Source: an uncultured Nitrososphaerales archaeon (lineage in GTDB: Archaea > Thermoproteota > Nitrososphaeria > Nitrososphaerales > Nitrososphaeraceae). Taken from it: DNA of 64,000 nucleotides. Location: NCBI GenBank assembly GCA_963713605.1, contig CAVQMO010000001.1:512001-576000 (forward strand). Direction: 5' to 3'. The notes under the pieces were generated by a model, which was given only the letters and a program-made list of their open reading frames with translations, searched no databases and was not told the origin of the DNA. The stretch's first letter is position 1; every line of letters begins with the position of its first letter. The translations under genes and the position numbers were made by a program. Shown one piece after another: positions 10,326-22,482 of the stretch.

Positions 10326-11441
10326 TTGCCTGAGCTGTGGCTAAAATACGGTCAAACTTCTGTAGTAGTGGACATTAAGTACGAAAATCTACAAGCTCAC
10401 ATTTTTCCAACTCCATCTACAGGTTACTTGGCAGAACAACAAATAGAGGATGAACTGTCCAATATGGACATAACTGATAACACCATCATAGTTGTTTTGT
10501 CGGTGTCACAGGCGGTCTTGAATTTGGTAGATCGAATCTCTCAAAGAGCCATCCTAAAAAACCATGCTTGCGTTGCTTTTGCTTCTCGAACAAATCTTCT
10601 AAAAACACTAAAGAATTCATTACGAAAACAGCCCTACCCTATATATGAGGCAACATATTCTTCACTGTTTCCTCTACTAAGCAAGTACAAGAATGTGCTA
10701 TGTATCTCCCAAGTTAGATATGATCCATTGTTTGGTTACGGTGGAACTCCCACCTTGTTTCTTCGACAATTCTTTCCAGCAGAAATGAGCGAAGCATTTT
10801 ACTCACGATCAAACAACCTACCTAATCCTAGCAAAAAACTTTCACCACTAGAAATTGCATTGCGAACGGTCGACAATATGAACGCGACTTCGATCGATGT
10901 AGTTGGCAGTCCAAAGATCTTTAGTTTGCACCATGGAACTATTTCTCAGTCATTTGAGAGTGCCATTCGCTCATTAGATCGTGGTCGGAAAACTGGCACC
11001 GAAAAGTGCCAAACAGCTTTGATAAGTCCGAGTGACGATCTTGAACCACATCTTACTTTATGTTCGTCGCTGAACTCTCTCTGGAACGTAGTAGAAGTGA
11101 TTAAGGAGGGTGGATTAGCATCTCTGCTTTCAGAAAATAATATAGGCTTAGGTTGCGAGGCTTTAGAAATGTACGTCCAAGAAAGGTTGGATATACAAAA
11201 ACACTTAGAAGAGAAACTTCAATACTTGGAGGGCCTAGAACATATCTTGTTCCTACAGGAGTTAACTAGAAATTATGATTTAGGAATAATATCAACTTTG
11301 CCTGAATATTATCTACTAAAGTTGGGACTTGTTCCTTTAAGGTCCACTAAGGAATGTTATGTTAGAGCCTTGTCGAAATTCGGAAGATCTCAAAAAATGC
11401 TCGTAATCTCAGGTGCAGATATCCTCTCTTTATTCGATTAG
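10326..11441 (+). CDS. LarA/DUF2088-like protein, apparently lacking the canonical catalytic residues
   Basis: N-terminal ELWLKYGQTSV, YDPLFGYGG and EGG..LLSE..GLG align by eye to LarA-family motifs. Confidence 0.55.
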   Translation: MPELWLKYGQTSVVVDIKYENLQAHIFPTPSTGYLAEQQIEDELSNMDITDNTIIVVLSVSQAVLNLVDRISQRAILKNHACVAFASRTNLLKTLKNSLRKQPYPIYEATYSSLFPLLSKYKNVLCISQVRYDPLFGYGGTPTLFLRQFFPAEMSEAFYSRSNNLPNPSKKLSPLEIALRTVDNMNATSIDVVGSPKIFSLHHGTISQSFESAIRSLDRGRKTGTEKCQTALISPSDDLEPHLTLCSSLNSLWNVVEVIKEGGLASLLSENNIGLGCEALEMYVQERLDIQKHLEEKLQYLEGLEHILFLQELTRNYDLGIISTLPEYYLLKLGLVPLRSTKECYVRALSKFGRSQKMLVISGADILSLFD

Positions 11442-11679
11442 CCCCAGCGTTCGGATTCTATGGATGCTGTCATTTGATTCAAGGTGCTGAGAAATATGGA
11501 GTGCTCTGAAACTGGATCCGCTTAAATATTCGGGGAACCTATTCAAATTCTGATGTAGAACTTTTCGGGCCAGATAAAGATATACCTATATATTGAGAAA
11601 GGGGGGTAGGTGTATCAGAATTTGTATTTCATGTTGCATTCCTCTACCCAATTACTGGGTACTGGAGGTAGTTGAGTAT

Positions 11680-11931
11680 TTGTCAGCTGAGAAGAAGATT
11701 ATCAAGATAACTGATCATATTTATCAGCCCAAGCATGAGATTCTGCCTAAAACCGAGGCTAGCGCTGTGCTAAAACAATACAACGCTAAACCTAGCCAAC
11801 TCCCGTACATAATGTTGAGCGATAGAGGCTTGCAGGACCTTGACGTTAGGCCAGGAGATATCATAAAGATTACTCGCAAAAGTGCTACTGCGGGTGAAAG
11901 TGTATATTACCGGTATGTGGTAGAGGGATAG
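11680..11931 (+). CDS. rpoH: RNA polymerase subunit H (Rpo5)
   Basis: DHIYQPKHEIL..QLPYI..PGDIIKITRKS..YYRYVV; GGAGGT Shine-Dalgarno before TTG 11680. Confidence 0.95.
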   Translation: MSAEKKIIKITDHIYQPKHEILPKTEASAVLKQYNAKPSQLPYIMLSDRGLQDLDVRPGDIIKITRKSATAGESVYYRYVVEG

Positions 11932-11949
11932 GAATAATTTAGGTGGTGG

Positions 11950-14900
11950 TTGTTCGTTTTGTGGCCCATTATAAATGACATTTTGAGAAAGGAAGGAGTA
12001 GCAAGGCAACATTTGAATTCCTACAATGAATTTATGGAGAAAGGGATTCAAAGTATTATCGATGAAGTTGCAGAAATAGAGATAGAGACTTCCGAATATC
12101 CTTACAAGATCAAGCTGAGGAAAGATAAAGCTGCAGCAGCCTAGGATTATGGAGCTTGACGGCTCGATTACCCATGTAGCTCCTATGGAGGCGCGTTTAA
12201 GAAACTTGACATATGCCTCGCCGATCATGTTAGAATGTAGCATAGTAGAAGATGGCAAAATATTGGAATCCAGATTTATTCACATAGGTGACATGCCTGT
12301 GATGGTAAAATCTAACGCTTGCATTTTGCATAATATGCCAGAACACAAGCTGAATAGAGTTGGCTGAAGATCCACGAGATCCAGGTGGATACTTTGTCAT
12401 CAATGGTTCCGAAAGAGTCATTGTAGGATTAGAAGATCTTTCATACAACAAGATTATAGTCGATATGGAAGAAGCCACCGGTACCCTCCTGTACAAGGCT
12501 AAAGTATACTCCTCTATTGTTGGCTATAGAGCAAAACTGGAACTAATAATGAGACCTGATGGATCCATAGTAGCAAAGATACCTGGATCTCCTGTGGATG
12601 TGCCCTTAATCACATTGGTTCGCGCTCTGGGACTGGAAACCGACAAGGATATTGCAAATGGCGTATCATTGAATCCCCTCATACAAGACGAGCTTGAACC
12701 CTCATTTGAAAAATCCAGTGATGTGGTTACAAGTAGGGATGCAATAATCTATGTTAGCAAACGTATTGCCCCGGGCATGCTTGAAGAATTTCAGATCAAG
12801 AGAGCGGAAACCCTTCTTGATTGGGGACTTTTACCACACTTAGGAAAGAACCCCGATAACCGGCATGAAAAAGCACTCTTCCTTGGTGAGGCAGCTAGTA
12901 AGTTGATCGAACTTAAACTTGGTTGGATTGATGCAGACGACAAAGATCATTATGGTAATAAAGTAATAAAGTTCGCTGGTCAAATGCTAGCAGATCTATT
13001 CCGGTACTGCCTTCCGGAATTTGATACGCGATATGAAATACCAACTCGAACGCTCAGGTCAGAAGCGAGGAATTAACGCTGTTGCTGTCTGCGGTCCGCC
13101 CTGGAATAATATCGGATAAGCTGAATAACGCAATTGCAACTGGAAATTGGGGACGAGGCCGGGTCGGAGTAACTCAGCTACTAGATAGGACAAATTATAT
13201 GTCTACAGTAAGCCATTTGCGGCGTATTCAATCTCCTCTTAGCAGAAGTCAGCCTAATTTTGAAGCAAGGGATCTACACGCAACTCACTTTGGTCGCATC
13301 TGTCCTGCTGAGACGCCAGAAGGATCTAACTGCGGACTGGTCAAAAACCTGGCTCTATCAGCCATTATATCAGTGAGTGTTTCTTCGGCTGAAATTGTCG
13401 AAAAGCTCTTTGATTTGGGAGTTGAGCATGTAGATGAGGCGAATGAGAACTTGAAGAGAATTGGAGCTAGGGTATTTGTTGATGGGCAGCTTGTTGGTTA
13501 TGTGGAGGACGGCGGCCATCTAGCTAACACTTTAAGGACAATGAGGAGATCTGGCAAGATTCATCCTCATGTGGGTGTCTATCTCTACAGTTCATTAAAC
13601 GATAGCGCAACCAAGCGTCTTTACATTAGTTGCAATTCTGGCCGCGTGCTTAGACCCTTGATTATTGTCAGAGATGGTCGGTCACTGATCACTGACGAAA
13701 TAATTGAAAAAATTCAAAAGAAATTTCTTTCCTGGACTGATCTTCTGCACACAGGCATCTTAGAATTAGTTGACGCGAATGAAGAGGAGAATTGTTATGT
13801 TAGTATAGGTACCGATGTTGTAGAGCTTTCACACACTCATTTGGAGGTTTTTCCCTCCTCCATATTGGGAGTTGGGGCATCCATCATTCCTTACCCTGAA
13901 CACAATCAATCTCCACGTAATACCTATGAAAGTGCGATGGCAAAACAGAGTCTCGGGTTTTCAACCCCCTTGATGAATGCGAGTACATATGTGAGACAAC
14001 ATTTGATGCTTTATCCTCAAACTCCAATGGTTAGCACCAAGGCGATAAATCTGCTAGGCCTGGACGATAGACCAACTGGGCAGAATGCAATTGTGGCAGT
14101 CCTTCCTTATGAAGGTTATAATATAGAAGACGCTGTGGTATTTAACAAGTCTGCAGTAGATAGAGGGTTTGGGAGAACCTTCTTTTATAGAGTGTACGAA
14201 GCAGAGGCCAAGCAGTATCCAGGGGGTATGAAAGATAATTTCGAATTACCTTCATCGGACGAGAATATACGCGGCTATAGAGGGGAAAAGGCATATCGCC
14301 TCTTAGAACAGGATGGTGCTATAATGCATGAAGCTGTGGTCGTAGGTGGCGATATTCTAATTGGTCGAACCTCGCCTCCAAGATTTATGGAGGAATATAG
14401 AGAGTTCGAGGTCAAGGGACCATACAGGCGGGATACTTCTATTGGGGTTAGACCTTCAGAAAACGGGGTTGTCGACACGGTTATAATGACTCAGTCTGTA
14501 GAGGGTGGCAAAATGTTTAAGATACGCGTTCGTGATATGCGAATTCCTGAAATTGGTGATAAATTCGCATCAAGACACGGTCAAAAGGGTGTCGTTGGTA
14601 TGCTGGTTAGTCAGGAGGATTTACCCTACTCCGAGAACGGGATAGTCCCCGATGTTATGATCAATCCCCATGCATTCCCCTCCCGTATGACAGTAGGTCA
14701 GTTTCTGGAGTCACTTGGGGGTAAAGCAGCTGCACTAAGAGGTAGAATCGTAGACGGATCAGCATTCCTAGGAGAAAAATTAGACCAACTTAAGGATGTA
14801 TTGCAAGATTATGGTTTCAAGTTTACGGGAAAAGAAGTAATGTATGATGGCAGAACGGGAAGAAGATTCCCAGCCGATGTTTACGTAGGTGTAGTTTATT

Positions 14901-15292
14901 ATCAGAAACTCCATCATATGGTAGCAGACAAGATCCACAGCAGGGCTAGAGGTCAGGTACAAATGCTGACCAAACAGCCGACAGAAGGTCGAGCAAGGGG
15001 AGGGGGTCTACGGTTTGGTGAAATGGAACGAGATTGCCTCATTGCATATGGTGCTTCAATGATGCTCAAGGATCGTCTCCTAGAGGAGTCAGACAAAGCC
15101 GAAATAAACGTGTGCGAGCGATGCGGTCTCTTGGCTTATTATGACATTAAACAGCGCAGATACATTTGTAGGGTGTGCGGGGATAAAGCCAAGATCTCAT
15201 CTGTCATAATCGCATACGCCTTCAAGTTATTGTTGCAGGAAATGATGAGTTTGAATGTTGCTCCTCGCCTGTTGGCGAAGGACAAAGTTTAG
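11950..15292 (+). CDS. rpoB: RNA polymerase subunit B (Rpo2); four apparent +1 indels near 12115, 12355, 13005 and 13088
   Basis: RQHLNSYN, DPGGYFVINGSE, GDKFASRHGQKG and GGLRFGEMERD spread across consecutive ORFs. Confidence 0.97.
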
Positions 15293-15306
15293 GAGGAGAT
15301 TCTGAT

Positions 15307-18300
15307 TTGACAGAAGAATCAATGAAAATATTAGGAGGAATAAAATTTAGCATCTGGTCGCCGGTGGAAGTGCGTAAATTTAGTGTCGCTGAGATTACTG
15401 CTCCAGAAACCTACGATGAAGACGGTATGCCTGTTCAAGGAGGTCTGATGGACAATAGGCTTGGCACGCTGGAACCAGGTCAAAAATGTGGAACATGTGG
15501 GAACACATCGGCAAGATGCCCCGGACACTTCGGGCATATTGAGCTTGCTGAGCCAGTACTTCATATTGCATTCGTGGATGATATTCATAAACTGCTTATC
15601 ACCTGCTGCAGATCATGTAGCAGAGTGAAACTAGGCCATAGTGATATCGAGAAGTATCGTGCCTTGCGTAGCGCAAAAGCAGCATATTCCGTGATAACAC
15701 TAGAGAACATTAAGGATGAAATAATAGAGAAGGCAAAGAAAGTTAAGGTCTGTCCGCACTGCGAGAAAGAACAGTATGAGTTAGTCTTTACAAAACCAAC
15801 TATTTTTGTAGAAAAGACTGAAGCTGGAGAGAACCGGCTGCTCCCAATTACTATTAGGGAGAGGATGATGAATATCCCTGATGACGACCTTCTCCTGCTA
15901 GGATATGATTCTAAAACAGCAAGACCGGAATGGTTTGTGTTGCAGGTTCTGCCTGTACCACCGGTCACCGTAAGACCTTCAATAATACTGGAGACAGGCA
16001 TTAGATCGGAAGACGATCTGACACACAAGTTAGTAGATATCATACGTGTTAATCAGAGATTGAAGGAGAGCAAAGAGGCTGGCACGCCTCCATTAATAGT
16101 TCAGGACTTGGTAGATCTATTACAGTACCATGTGACTACATACTTCGACAATGAGGTTTCTGGTATTCCACAAGCACATCATCGTTCTGGAAGGCCTTTG
16201 AAAACTCTTACCCAAAGATTGAAGGGGAAGGAAGGTAGATTTAGAGGATCCTTATCTGGGAAGAGGGTTGATTTCTCTAGTCGAACAGTAATATCACCAG
16301 ATCCTAATCTGACAATCTCCAGCGTGGGTGTTCCTGTTGACGTAGCAAAGAAGCTTACTATTCCGGAAACAGTCTCCCAATGGAATCTTGAACGTCTGAA
16401 AGCCCTCGTTGTTAATGGACCAAACATATATCCGGGAGCGAATTACATTATTAGGCCTGACGGTGTCAAAATTAGGCTCGATTATGTAAGTGATAGGGAG
16501 ATGGTTGCCGAATCGCTTGCTCCAAACTATGTTGTAGAGAGACATCTTTCAGATGGCGATATCGTGATCTTTAATCGTCAACCATCGCTCCACAGAATGT
16601 CCATAATGGCTCATTACGTTAAGGTTCTTCCCTATCGCACATTTAGACTCCACCCAGCTGTGTGTCCTCCTTATAATGCAGATTTTGATGGAGACGAAAT
16701 GAACTTACATGTACCTCAAAGCGAAGAAGCTCGAGCCGAGGCCGCATTGTTAATGAGGGTTCAAGATCAGTTGATATCTCCCAGGTATGGCGGACCTATT
16801 ATTGGTGGTATCAGAGATTTTATCACTGGAGCGTATATTCTCACCTCAAAGGACACTTTTCTGAACAGAGAGGAATTCGCTAACTTGGCCTTGAGTGGGG
16901 GCTATGGGGGTGTGCTTCCACATGCAGATTCAAAGGATGGAGAATATCAACTTTACAGTGGTAAGCAGCTCTTCTCACTTTTCTTCCCTAGTGATTTCAA
17001 TTTTGTTGTCACTTCTAAGTGGAACAAAGCATCCAAAGGCGAGGGCAAGGATGTTGTAATTAGAAACGGTCAACTCCTAAGTGGGGTTGTAGACAAGGCA
17101 TCGATTGGTGCTGAAGAGCCGGATAGTGTGCTGCATCGCATTGCAAAGGATTACGGAAATGATACAGCGAGAAAATTTTTGGATTCGATCCTGATCATAT
17201 TGAAGACCTATTTGACTCAACGCGGATTCTCTTATGGATATTCAGATCTATGGCTAAGCGATGAAACAAGGAAAGAAATTAGTGCGATTATTGAGCGAGC
17301 TTATGAAAAGGTTGATGAGTTGATAAAGCAGTACAAAGACGGTACTCTCCCACTGACGAGAGGTTTGTCTCCCGAAGAAGCTCTGGAGCTGTATGTGGTT
17401 AATGAATTGTCTAGGGCCAGGGATAGGGCAGGAAAAACAGCAGATCGAGCATTTCCCGACGATAATTCTGGTGTAATTATGGCATCGACGGGCGCTAGAG
17501 GTTCAACACTGAATATAGGTCAGATGACTGCGGCTTTAGGGCAACAATCCATTAGAGGGAAGCGCATTAACAAAGGTTACCATAACAGATCACTCCCTCA
17601 TTTCAGGATAAATGATACCAATCCTGACGCGAAGGGCTTTGTCAAATCCAATTATCGGGACGGATTAAGTCCTTTGGAGTTCTTCTTCCATGCGATGGGA
17701 GGTAGAGAAGGCTTAGTAGATACCGCCGTAAGGACTCAACAGTCCGGATACATGCAGAGGAGATTGATAAATGCGTTAGAGCATCTGAAGATTGAATATG
17801 ACCTCACCGTGAGAGATCCGCATGGAAATATCATTCAGTATTTGTATGGCGAAGACGGGATCGATCCCGCGAAGAGTGACCATGGAGAGGCTGTAAATAT
17901 ACTCAGATTAATTGAAGGTGAATTTATTGTGGATGAAGGTAAGAAAGCCACCGACGTTGAAATTACAAAGGTACTCAACTCAATTGGCGCTAATCTTAAC
18001 GTAAAAGTAAAGTCTAATCTAGAAATGACTCTATTAAATAACCGACTGAGCAAGGCAGGAGTAGAAAAAGTAGTTCGAAAAATTGTTGAATTCACACAAA
18101 AAGCCATGGCGGAACCAGGTGAGGCTGTCGGTGTGGTCACAGCACAATCCATAGGGGAACCAGGTACACAAATGACTCTTAGAACTTTCCACTTTGCAGG
18201 CGTCAAGGAAAGAAATGTAACTTTAGGGTTACCTCGTTTAATTGAGTTAGTAGACGCACGTAAGAAACCAGTTACGCCAACCATGGATATTTACTTGGAT

Positions 18301-19134
18301 GAAGAACATAAGATTAGTAGGGAAAAAGCGTTACAAGTAGCCAAAGAAATTATTTACACTCGGGTATCTGACCTAATAGATAAGACTGATATTGATTATA
18401 GTGGAATTTTAAACTTTTACTTCTCTGAAGCACAGCTTGCAGAACGCGGATGCGAGCTTGAACAGGTATTTGATGTATTGAAGGGCTCAAAGAAGAAATA
18501 CGACATTAGTATGAAAGATAAACCTTATCACATACGAGTCTCAATTCCAGATGACCCAGACGCCCAAACGATCTTAACATTGAAGAATAAGCTTTTGAAC
18601 ACTAGGGTTAAGGGTGTGCCTGATATTGAAAGAGTTACCATCGTAAAACAAGATGAAGAATGGGTTATACAAACGGCAGGCTCGAACCTATCCAAAGTGG
18701 TTCAAATCCCTGGTATAGACACTCGGAGGATTTCGACAAATAATGTTTACGAGATTTGGCAGACACTAGGAATAGAGGCTGCGAGAACTGCATTGGTGAA
18801 GGAAATCACAAACACTTTAGAGGAGCAGGGGTTGGAGGTCGATCTCCGTCATATTATGTTGGTGGCTGATTTAATGTCATCTAAAGGGTATCTCCAACAG
18901 ATAGGAAGGCATGGTATTGCGGGGACAAAAACCTCCGTACTGGCACGCGCAGCATTTGAAATTACTGTTCCCACCATAGCGAGGGCTTCTCTCGAGGGAC
19001 AGGTGGAGACCTTAAGGGGAGTAACAGAAAACGTTATAGTAGGAGTTACTGTACCCGTTGGCACCGGCATGGTTGAGCTTTATATGAAAGTAAAGGAGGA
19101 GAATGCTGATGAAAGCACTAGACAAACTAATTAA
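15307..19134 (+). CDS. rpoA: RNA polymerase subunit A, unsplit A'+A''
   Basis: NADFDGDEMN and AQSIGEPGTQMTLRTFH lie in one 1275-aa ORF, as is typical of Thaumarchaeota. Confidence 0.98.
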   Translation: MTEESMKILGGIKFSIWSPVEVRKFSVAEITAPETYDEDGMPVQGGLMDNRLGTLEPGQKCGTCGNTSARCPGHFGHIELAEPVLHIAFVDDIHKLLITCCRSCSRVKLGHSDIEKYRALRSAKAAYSVITLENIKDEIIEKAKKVKVCPHCEKEQYELVFTKPTIFVEKTEAGENRLLPITIRERMMNIPDDDLLLLGYDSKTARPEWFVLQVLPVPPVTVRPSIILETGIRSEDDLTHKLVDIIRVNQRLKESKEAGTPPLIVQDLVDLLQYHVTTYFDNEVSGIPQAHHRSGRPLKTLTQRLKGKEGRFRGSLSGKRVDFSSRTVISPDPNLTISSVGVPVDVAKKLTIPETVSQWNLERLKALVVNGPNIYPGANYIIRPDGVKIRLDYVSDREMVAESLAPNYVVERHLSDGDIVIFNRQPSLHRMSIMAHYVKVLPYRTFRLHPAVCPPYNADFDGDEMNLHVPQSEEARAEAALLMRVQDQLISPRYGGPIIGGIRDFITGAYILTSKDTFLNREEFANLALSGGYGGVLPHADSKDGEYQLYSGKQLFSLFFPSDFNFVVTSKWNKASKGEGKDVVIRNGQLLSGVVDKASIGAEEPDSVLHRIAKDYGNDTARKFLDSILIILKTYLTQRGFSYGYSDLWLSDETRKEISAIIERAYEKVDELIKQYKDGTLPLTRGLSPEEALELYVVNELSRARDRAGKTADRAFPDDNSGVIMASTGARGSTLNIGQMTAALGQQSIRGKRINKGYHNRSLPHFRINDTNPDAKGFVKSNYRDGLSPLEFFFHAMGGREGLVDTAVRTQQSGYMQRRLINALEHLKIEYDLTVRDPHGNIIQYLYGEDGIDPAKSDHGEAVNILRLIEGEFIVDEGKKATDVEITKVLNSIGANLNVKVKSNLEMTLLNNRLSKAGVEKVVRKIVEFTQKAMAEPGEAVGVVTAQSIGEPGTQMTLRTFHFAGVKERNVTLGLPRLIELVDARKKPVTPTMDIYLDEEHKISREKALQVAKEIIYTRVSDLIDKTDIDYSGILNFYFSEAQLAERGCELEQVFDVLKGSKKKYDISMKDKPYHIRVSIPDDPDAQTILTLKNKLLNTRVKGVPDIERVTIVKQDEEWVIQTAGSNLSKVVQIPGIDTRRISTNNVYEIWQTLGIEAARTALVKEITNTLEEQGLEVDLRHIMLVADLMSSKGYLQQIGRHGIAGTKTSVLARAAFEITVPTIARASLEGQVETLRGVTENVIVGVTVPVGTGMVELYMKVKEENADESTRQTN

Positions 19135-19408
19135 AGAAGCAGTAGCAACTGGCAAGTACAAGAAAGGGGCAAAGGAGGTAATGAGATTTGTTAAAGGATC
19201 AAAACTCATCCTTGTATCTGATTCGGTTGAAGATAGGAATAGAGGCAGTATTGAAAATCAGGCGAAATCTATTGGTATTCCGGTGCTTAGATTTCATGGA
19301 ACATCGGTCATGTTAGGGAGGGCTTGCAATCGGCCGCATAGGATATCCGTGCTCTCCATTCGGACCGGGACTGAAGAAGAAATTCGAAACATTCTCTCTG
19401 AAAGGTGA
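19103..19408 (+). CDS. rpl30e: 50S ribosomal protein L30e
   Basis: TGKYKKGAKEV..GTSVMLGRAC.RPHRISVLSI; conserved position between rpoA and nusA. Confidence 0.9.
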   Translation: MLMKALDKLIKEAVATGKYKKGAKEVMRFVKGSKLILVSDSVEDRNRGSIENQAKSIGIPVLRFHGTSVMLGRACNRPHRISVLSIRTGTEEEIRNILSER

Positions 19409-19644
19409 ACTATTTTTGCGCATTCAATTGCGTGAAACATGGTACAGTGGCTTATTACAATGTATGCTTTGGTGATTTTATACTACGGATTATATTCAAG
19501 CGGAATATCTATTTGATCTAGACAGCTGCCCGTGCAGCCATGCATGACATGGAAGACTTAAATTGGCGATAATGAATCAGATGCATGATTCGCGAATTGC
19601 GTGTATTGTCTTTCTGCGCTTATGGTAATAAGAGGATTTAAGAT

Positions 19645-20121
19645 TTGACGGAAAAAATCAAGTTGACTTCGGATGAATTGCGACTTATGTCTTTATTTCA
19701 GAGTATCACGAGTGTAACTGCTAGGGATTGTGTAGTTGATGATAAGATGGACCGTGTTATCTTCATTGTCAATAAGGGCCAGATGGGCCTGGCCATAGGG
19801 AAAGGAGGTGCGACTATTCGACAACTACAAAACGTTGTGGCTAAGAAAGTAGAACTTGTTGAATATTCTGATGATGCAAGCGATTTCGTCCGCAATATAC
19901 TGAACCCTCAAATGGTAAATGATGTAAAAATCACCCAGAGAACAGATGGCTCCAAGCAAGCGGTAGTTCTTGTAGATGCAAAGCGAAAAGGCGTAGTAGT
20001 AGGGAAGGAAGGAAGGAATGCAGAGAAGGCTAGATTGTTGGCAAAGAGGTACTTTCAAATATCCAATGTTCTGATAACAAGTGCACCTGAAAGAATGATG
20101 GGAAACGAGGTTATAGATTAG
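19645..20121 (+). CDS. nusA: Archaeal NusA (KH domains)
   Basis: MGLAIGKGG..VELVEYS and VVGKEGRN..ARLLAKRYF. Confidence 0.95.
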   Translation: MTEKIKLTSDELRLMSLFQSITSVTARDCVVDDKMDRVIFIVNKGQMGLAIGKGGATIRQLQNVVAKKVELVEYSDDASDFVRNILNPQMVNDVKITQRTDGSKQAVVLVDAKRKGVVVGKEGRNAEKARLLAKRYFQISNVLITSAPERMMGNEVID

Positions 20122-20559
20122 TTGGCCAAATCACCGTTAGGTTTGTTTGCGGGGCGTGTGCTCAGGTCAAAGAGAAAACGCGCACGCTGGTCGAACAAAT
20201 ATTACAAGAGGCGCATGTTGATGCTGGACAAGAAAGCTAACCCTCTTGAAGGGTCTCCTCAGGCAAAAGGAATTGTTCTTGAAAAAGTCGGAATAGAATC
20301 GAAACAGCCGAACTCCGCAGTGAGGAAATGCGTTCGAGTACAATTGATAAAGAATGGAAAAACCATCACAGCATTCTTACCAAAGGATGGGGCCTTGAAT
20401 TTCGTAGATGAACATGACGAGGTAATGCTAGAAGGAATTGGAGGTTCAATGGGAGGGGCAATGGGTGATATCCCTGGAGTAAGATGGCGAGTCTTCAAAG
20501 TAAACGGCGTCTCCCTTAATGAGTTAGTTTTAGGACGGAAGGAGAAACCACGGAGGTAA
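20122..20559 (+). CDS. rps12: 30S ribosomal protein S12
   Basis: [15 protein letters not shown] and GDIPGVRW. Confidence 0.98.
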   Translation: MAKSPLGLFAGRVLRSKRKRARWSNKYYKRRMLMLDKKANPLEGSPQAKGIVLEKVGIESKQPNSAVRKCVRVQLIKNGKTITAFLPKDGALNFVDEHDEVMLEGIGGSMGGAMGDIPGVRWRVFKVNGVSLNELVLGRKEKPRR

Positions 20560-20564
20560 TTGAT

Positions 20565-21170
20565 ATGAGTGGAAAGGAACGAGCAAATCTGCTTTTATTC
20601 AACAAGTGGGACACAAGAAAGATAGAAATAGGCGACATCGGCCTTCAGAAAGTGATATCGTTAAAGCACTCCGTTATTCCCATCACCTTTGGACGACATG
20701 AACATCAACGATTGAAAAAATCGGAGGTTAACATTGTGGAAAGGCTCGCCAACAAGTTAATGCATTTTGGAAAAAGATATGCGAAAAATACTGGTCGAAT
20801 GGGTGGCAAAAAGGCAAAAACTCTGAACATGTTGAAGACTGCTTTTGAGATAATACACCTCGAAACAGGCAAGAATCCGCTAGAGGTATTTGTGAAGGCT
20901 GTTGAGAATGCATCCCCTAATGAAGATACTACCCGAATCGTTTACGGAGGAGTAGTTTACCACGTCTCCGTTGACGTAGCTCCCCTAAGACGGGTTGATT
21001 TTGCTCTCCGTTTTATAGCGGAAGGGGTTAGAGAATCAACGTATTCTAACCCGCAAGCCATAGAGGAAGCTCTTGCGAGAGAACTTGTTTTAGCTTCAGA
21101 AAATGAAATGGCCAGTCACGCTATAAAAAAGAAAAATGAACAAGAAAGAGTAGCAATGGCATCGCGATAG
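20565..21170 (+). CDS. rps7: 30S ribosomal protein S7
   Basis: VNIVERLAN, AVENASP.EDTTRI and ERVAMASR. Confidence 0.97.
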   Translation: MSGKERANLLLFNKWDTRKIEIGDIGLQKVISLKHSVIPITFGRHEHQRLKKSEVNIVERLANKLMHFGKRYAKNTGRMGGKKAKTLNMLKTAFEIIHLETGKNPLEVFVKAVENASPNEDTTRIVYGGVVYHVSVDVAPLRRVDFALRFIAEGVRESTYSNPQAIEEALARELVLASENEMASHAIKKKNEQERVAMASR

Positions 21171-21277
21171 CCCAATGTATCGTTAGAGCAGAAAAGTAGT
21201 AACCTTCCAAGATTGCATGCGCGACTGAGCATTAGGCTGAAACTTAAATAACAAGGTTCCAGTGAAAATCAATATAA

Positions 21278-22415
21278 ATGAATGGTAAAGATGAATTCCT
21301 ATTCAAGAAAAGCACCTTAATTAGTACAAGAGCAGGACGGGACATAATCAAACAAGCTCTATTGAGAGAAAAGGGATACAAGCAGTTTAGTAAATACAGC
21401 CGTGAAACTGAAGAACAATTTCAGGACTTTACCAAACGCTACTTGTTATCGCTACACAAGCTGATCATCTCTGACCAAAATCCCTCTGGTTCTCTTAGAA
21501 AATTCTCCGAAGAAATAGGGTCTTCAGAGATGGTTCTTGACGATTCTAAAATACAAGATGTCATGGCGAGAATATCTCGACCTGAAATTCTTGCAGACAG
21601 AGTGGAGCGCATATTAAATTCCAATTTTGTCTTAATGACTTTCCCTGTTCTAAATGCATTGTTTGATGGGGCAGCTGCATTCTTTCAAGAAAGTATTAGT
21701 CCTGAGGTGAGAACTACCATCATAGACGGACACATTATCGCAATAGATCTTAGCGAACCTATGGACAGGATTATTGACAAAGATGAGGACTTGGATTATC
21801 TGGATGATTACAAGCTAATGAATCCATATATACTTCAGGTTGCAAGACAAATGATTTCCGTCGGAGGAGAACGCAGTACTTAAATCATTTGAAGAAGGCT
21901 TTAAGGATGCTAGAGTAGGACAGTATATTGATCAGAGACTCAAAGCGAAGCCTGAGTCTGTCACAGATGAGAATATGATGGGTTGCTACAAGAAGTATCG
22001 AGCAATTATGGGCACGGCAGCTAGAAATATGGCAGTTGATAGGAAACCACTTGGTGAAATCTATCATTTGGGTATGGCAAAGGCCAGTGAAGCTGTAGGT
22101 TGTGGAAACGAGATCCAGGATGCAATTAAGAACGGATCAATAAAAATTCCATCTTGGCCGTTGTACTATAGCATTATCACTGGGGACGTGCAAAAGGCAT
22201 TCGAACTTACGATGAGAAAAAGCTCAAACTACTTGGACGAGGCAAGAATCGCTCTAGATATGCTTCCGCACGAATATGGCTTTAGACCGTTCTTAGAATT
22301 CCTTTTCCTGTACGTCAATCATTACAATCAATATTGGTTCAATGAATTGAATAAGCGAGACCTCTATGCATTGTTACAGAAAAACCTAACACTGAGTGAC
22401 CTGCATAGAAAATGA
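21278..22415 (+). CDS. Hypothetical protein (probably one gene, frameshift near 21875)
   Basis: ORF 21278-21883 continues in another frame (..LKSFEEGFKDARVGQYID..) into ORF 21975-22415. Confidence 0.65.
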
Positions 22416-22482
22416 AGGTGCCACCCTTCGTATTTATTAAGAAGGTTTATTATTCTAACCACAGTTCTATCTTCAAGCGCAA

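Noticed and set aside
11950..13090. Split rpoB (B'/B'') or programmed frameshifting
   Set aside because: The breaks are single-base insertions at non-canonical points, matching the window-wide error pattern.
15307..19134. Fused rpoA'/A'' as a novelty
   Set aside because: An established trait of Thaumarchaeota.
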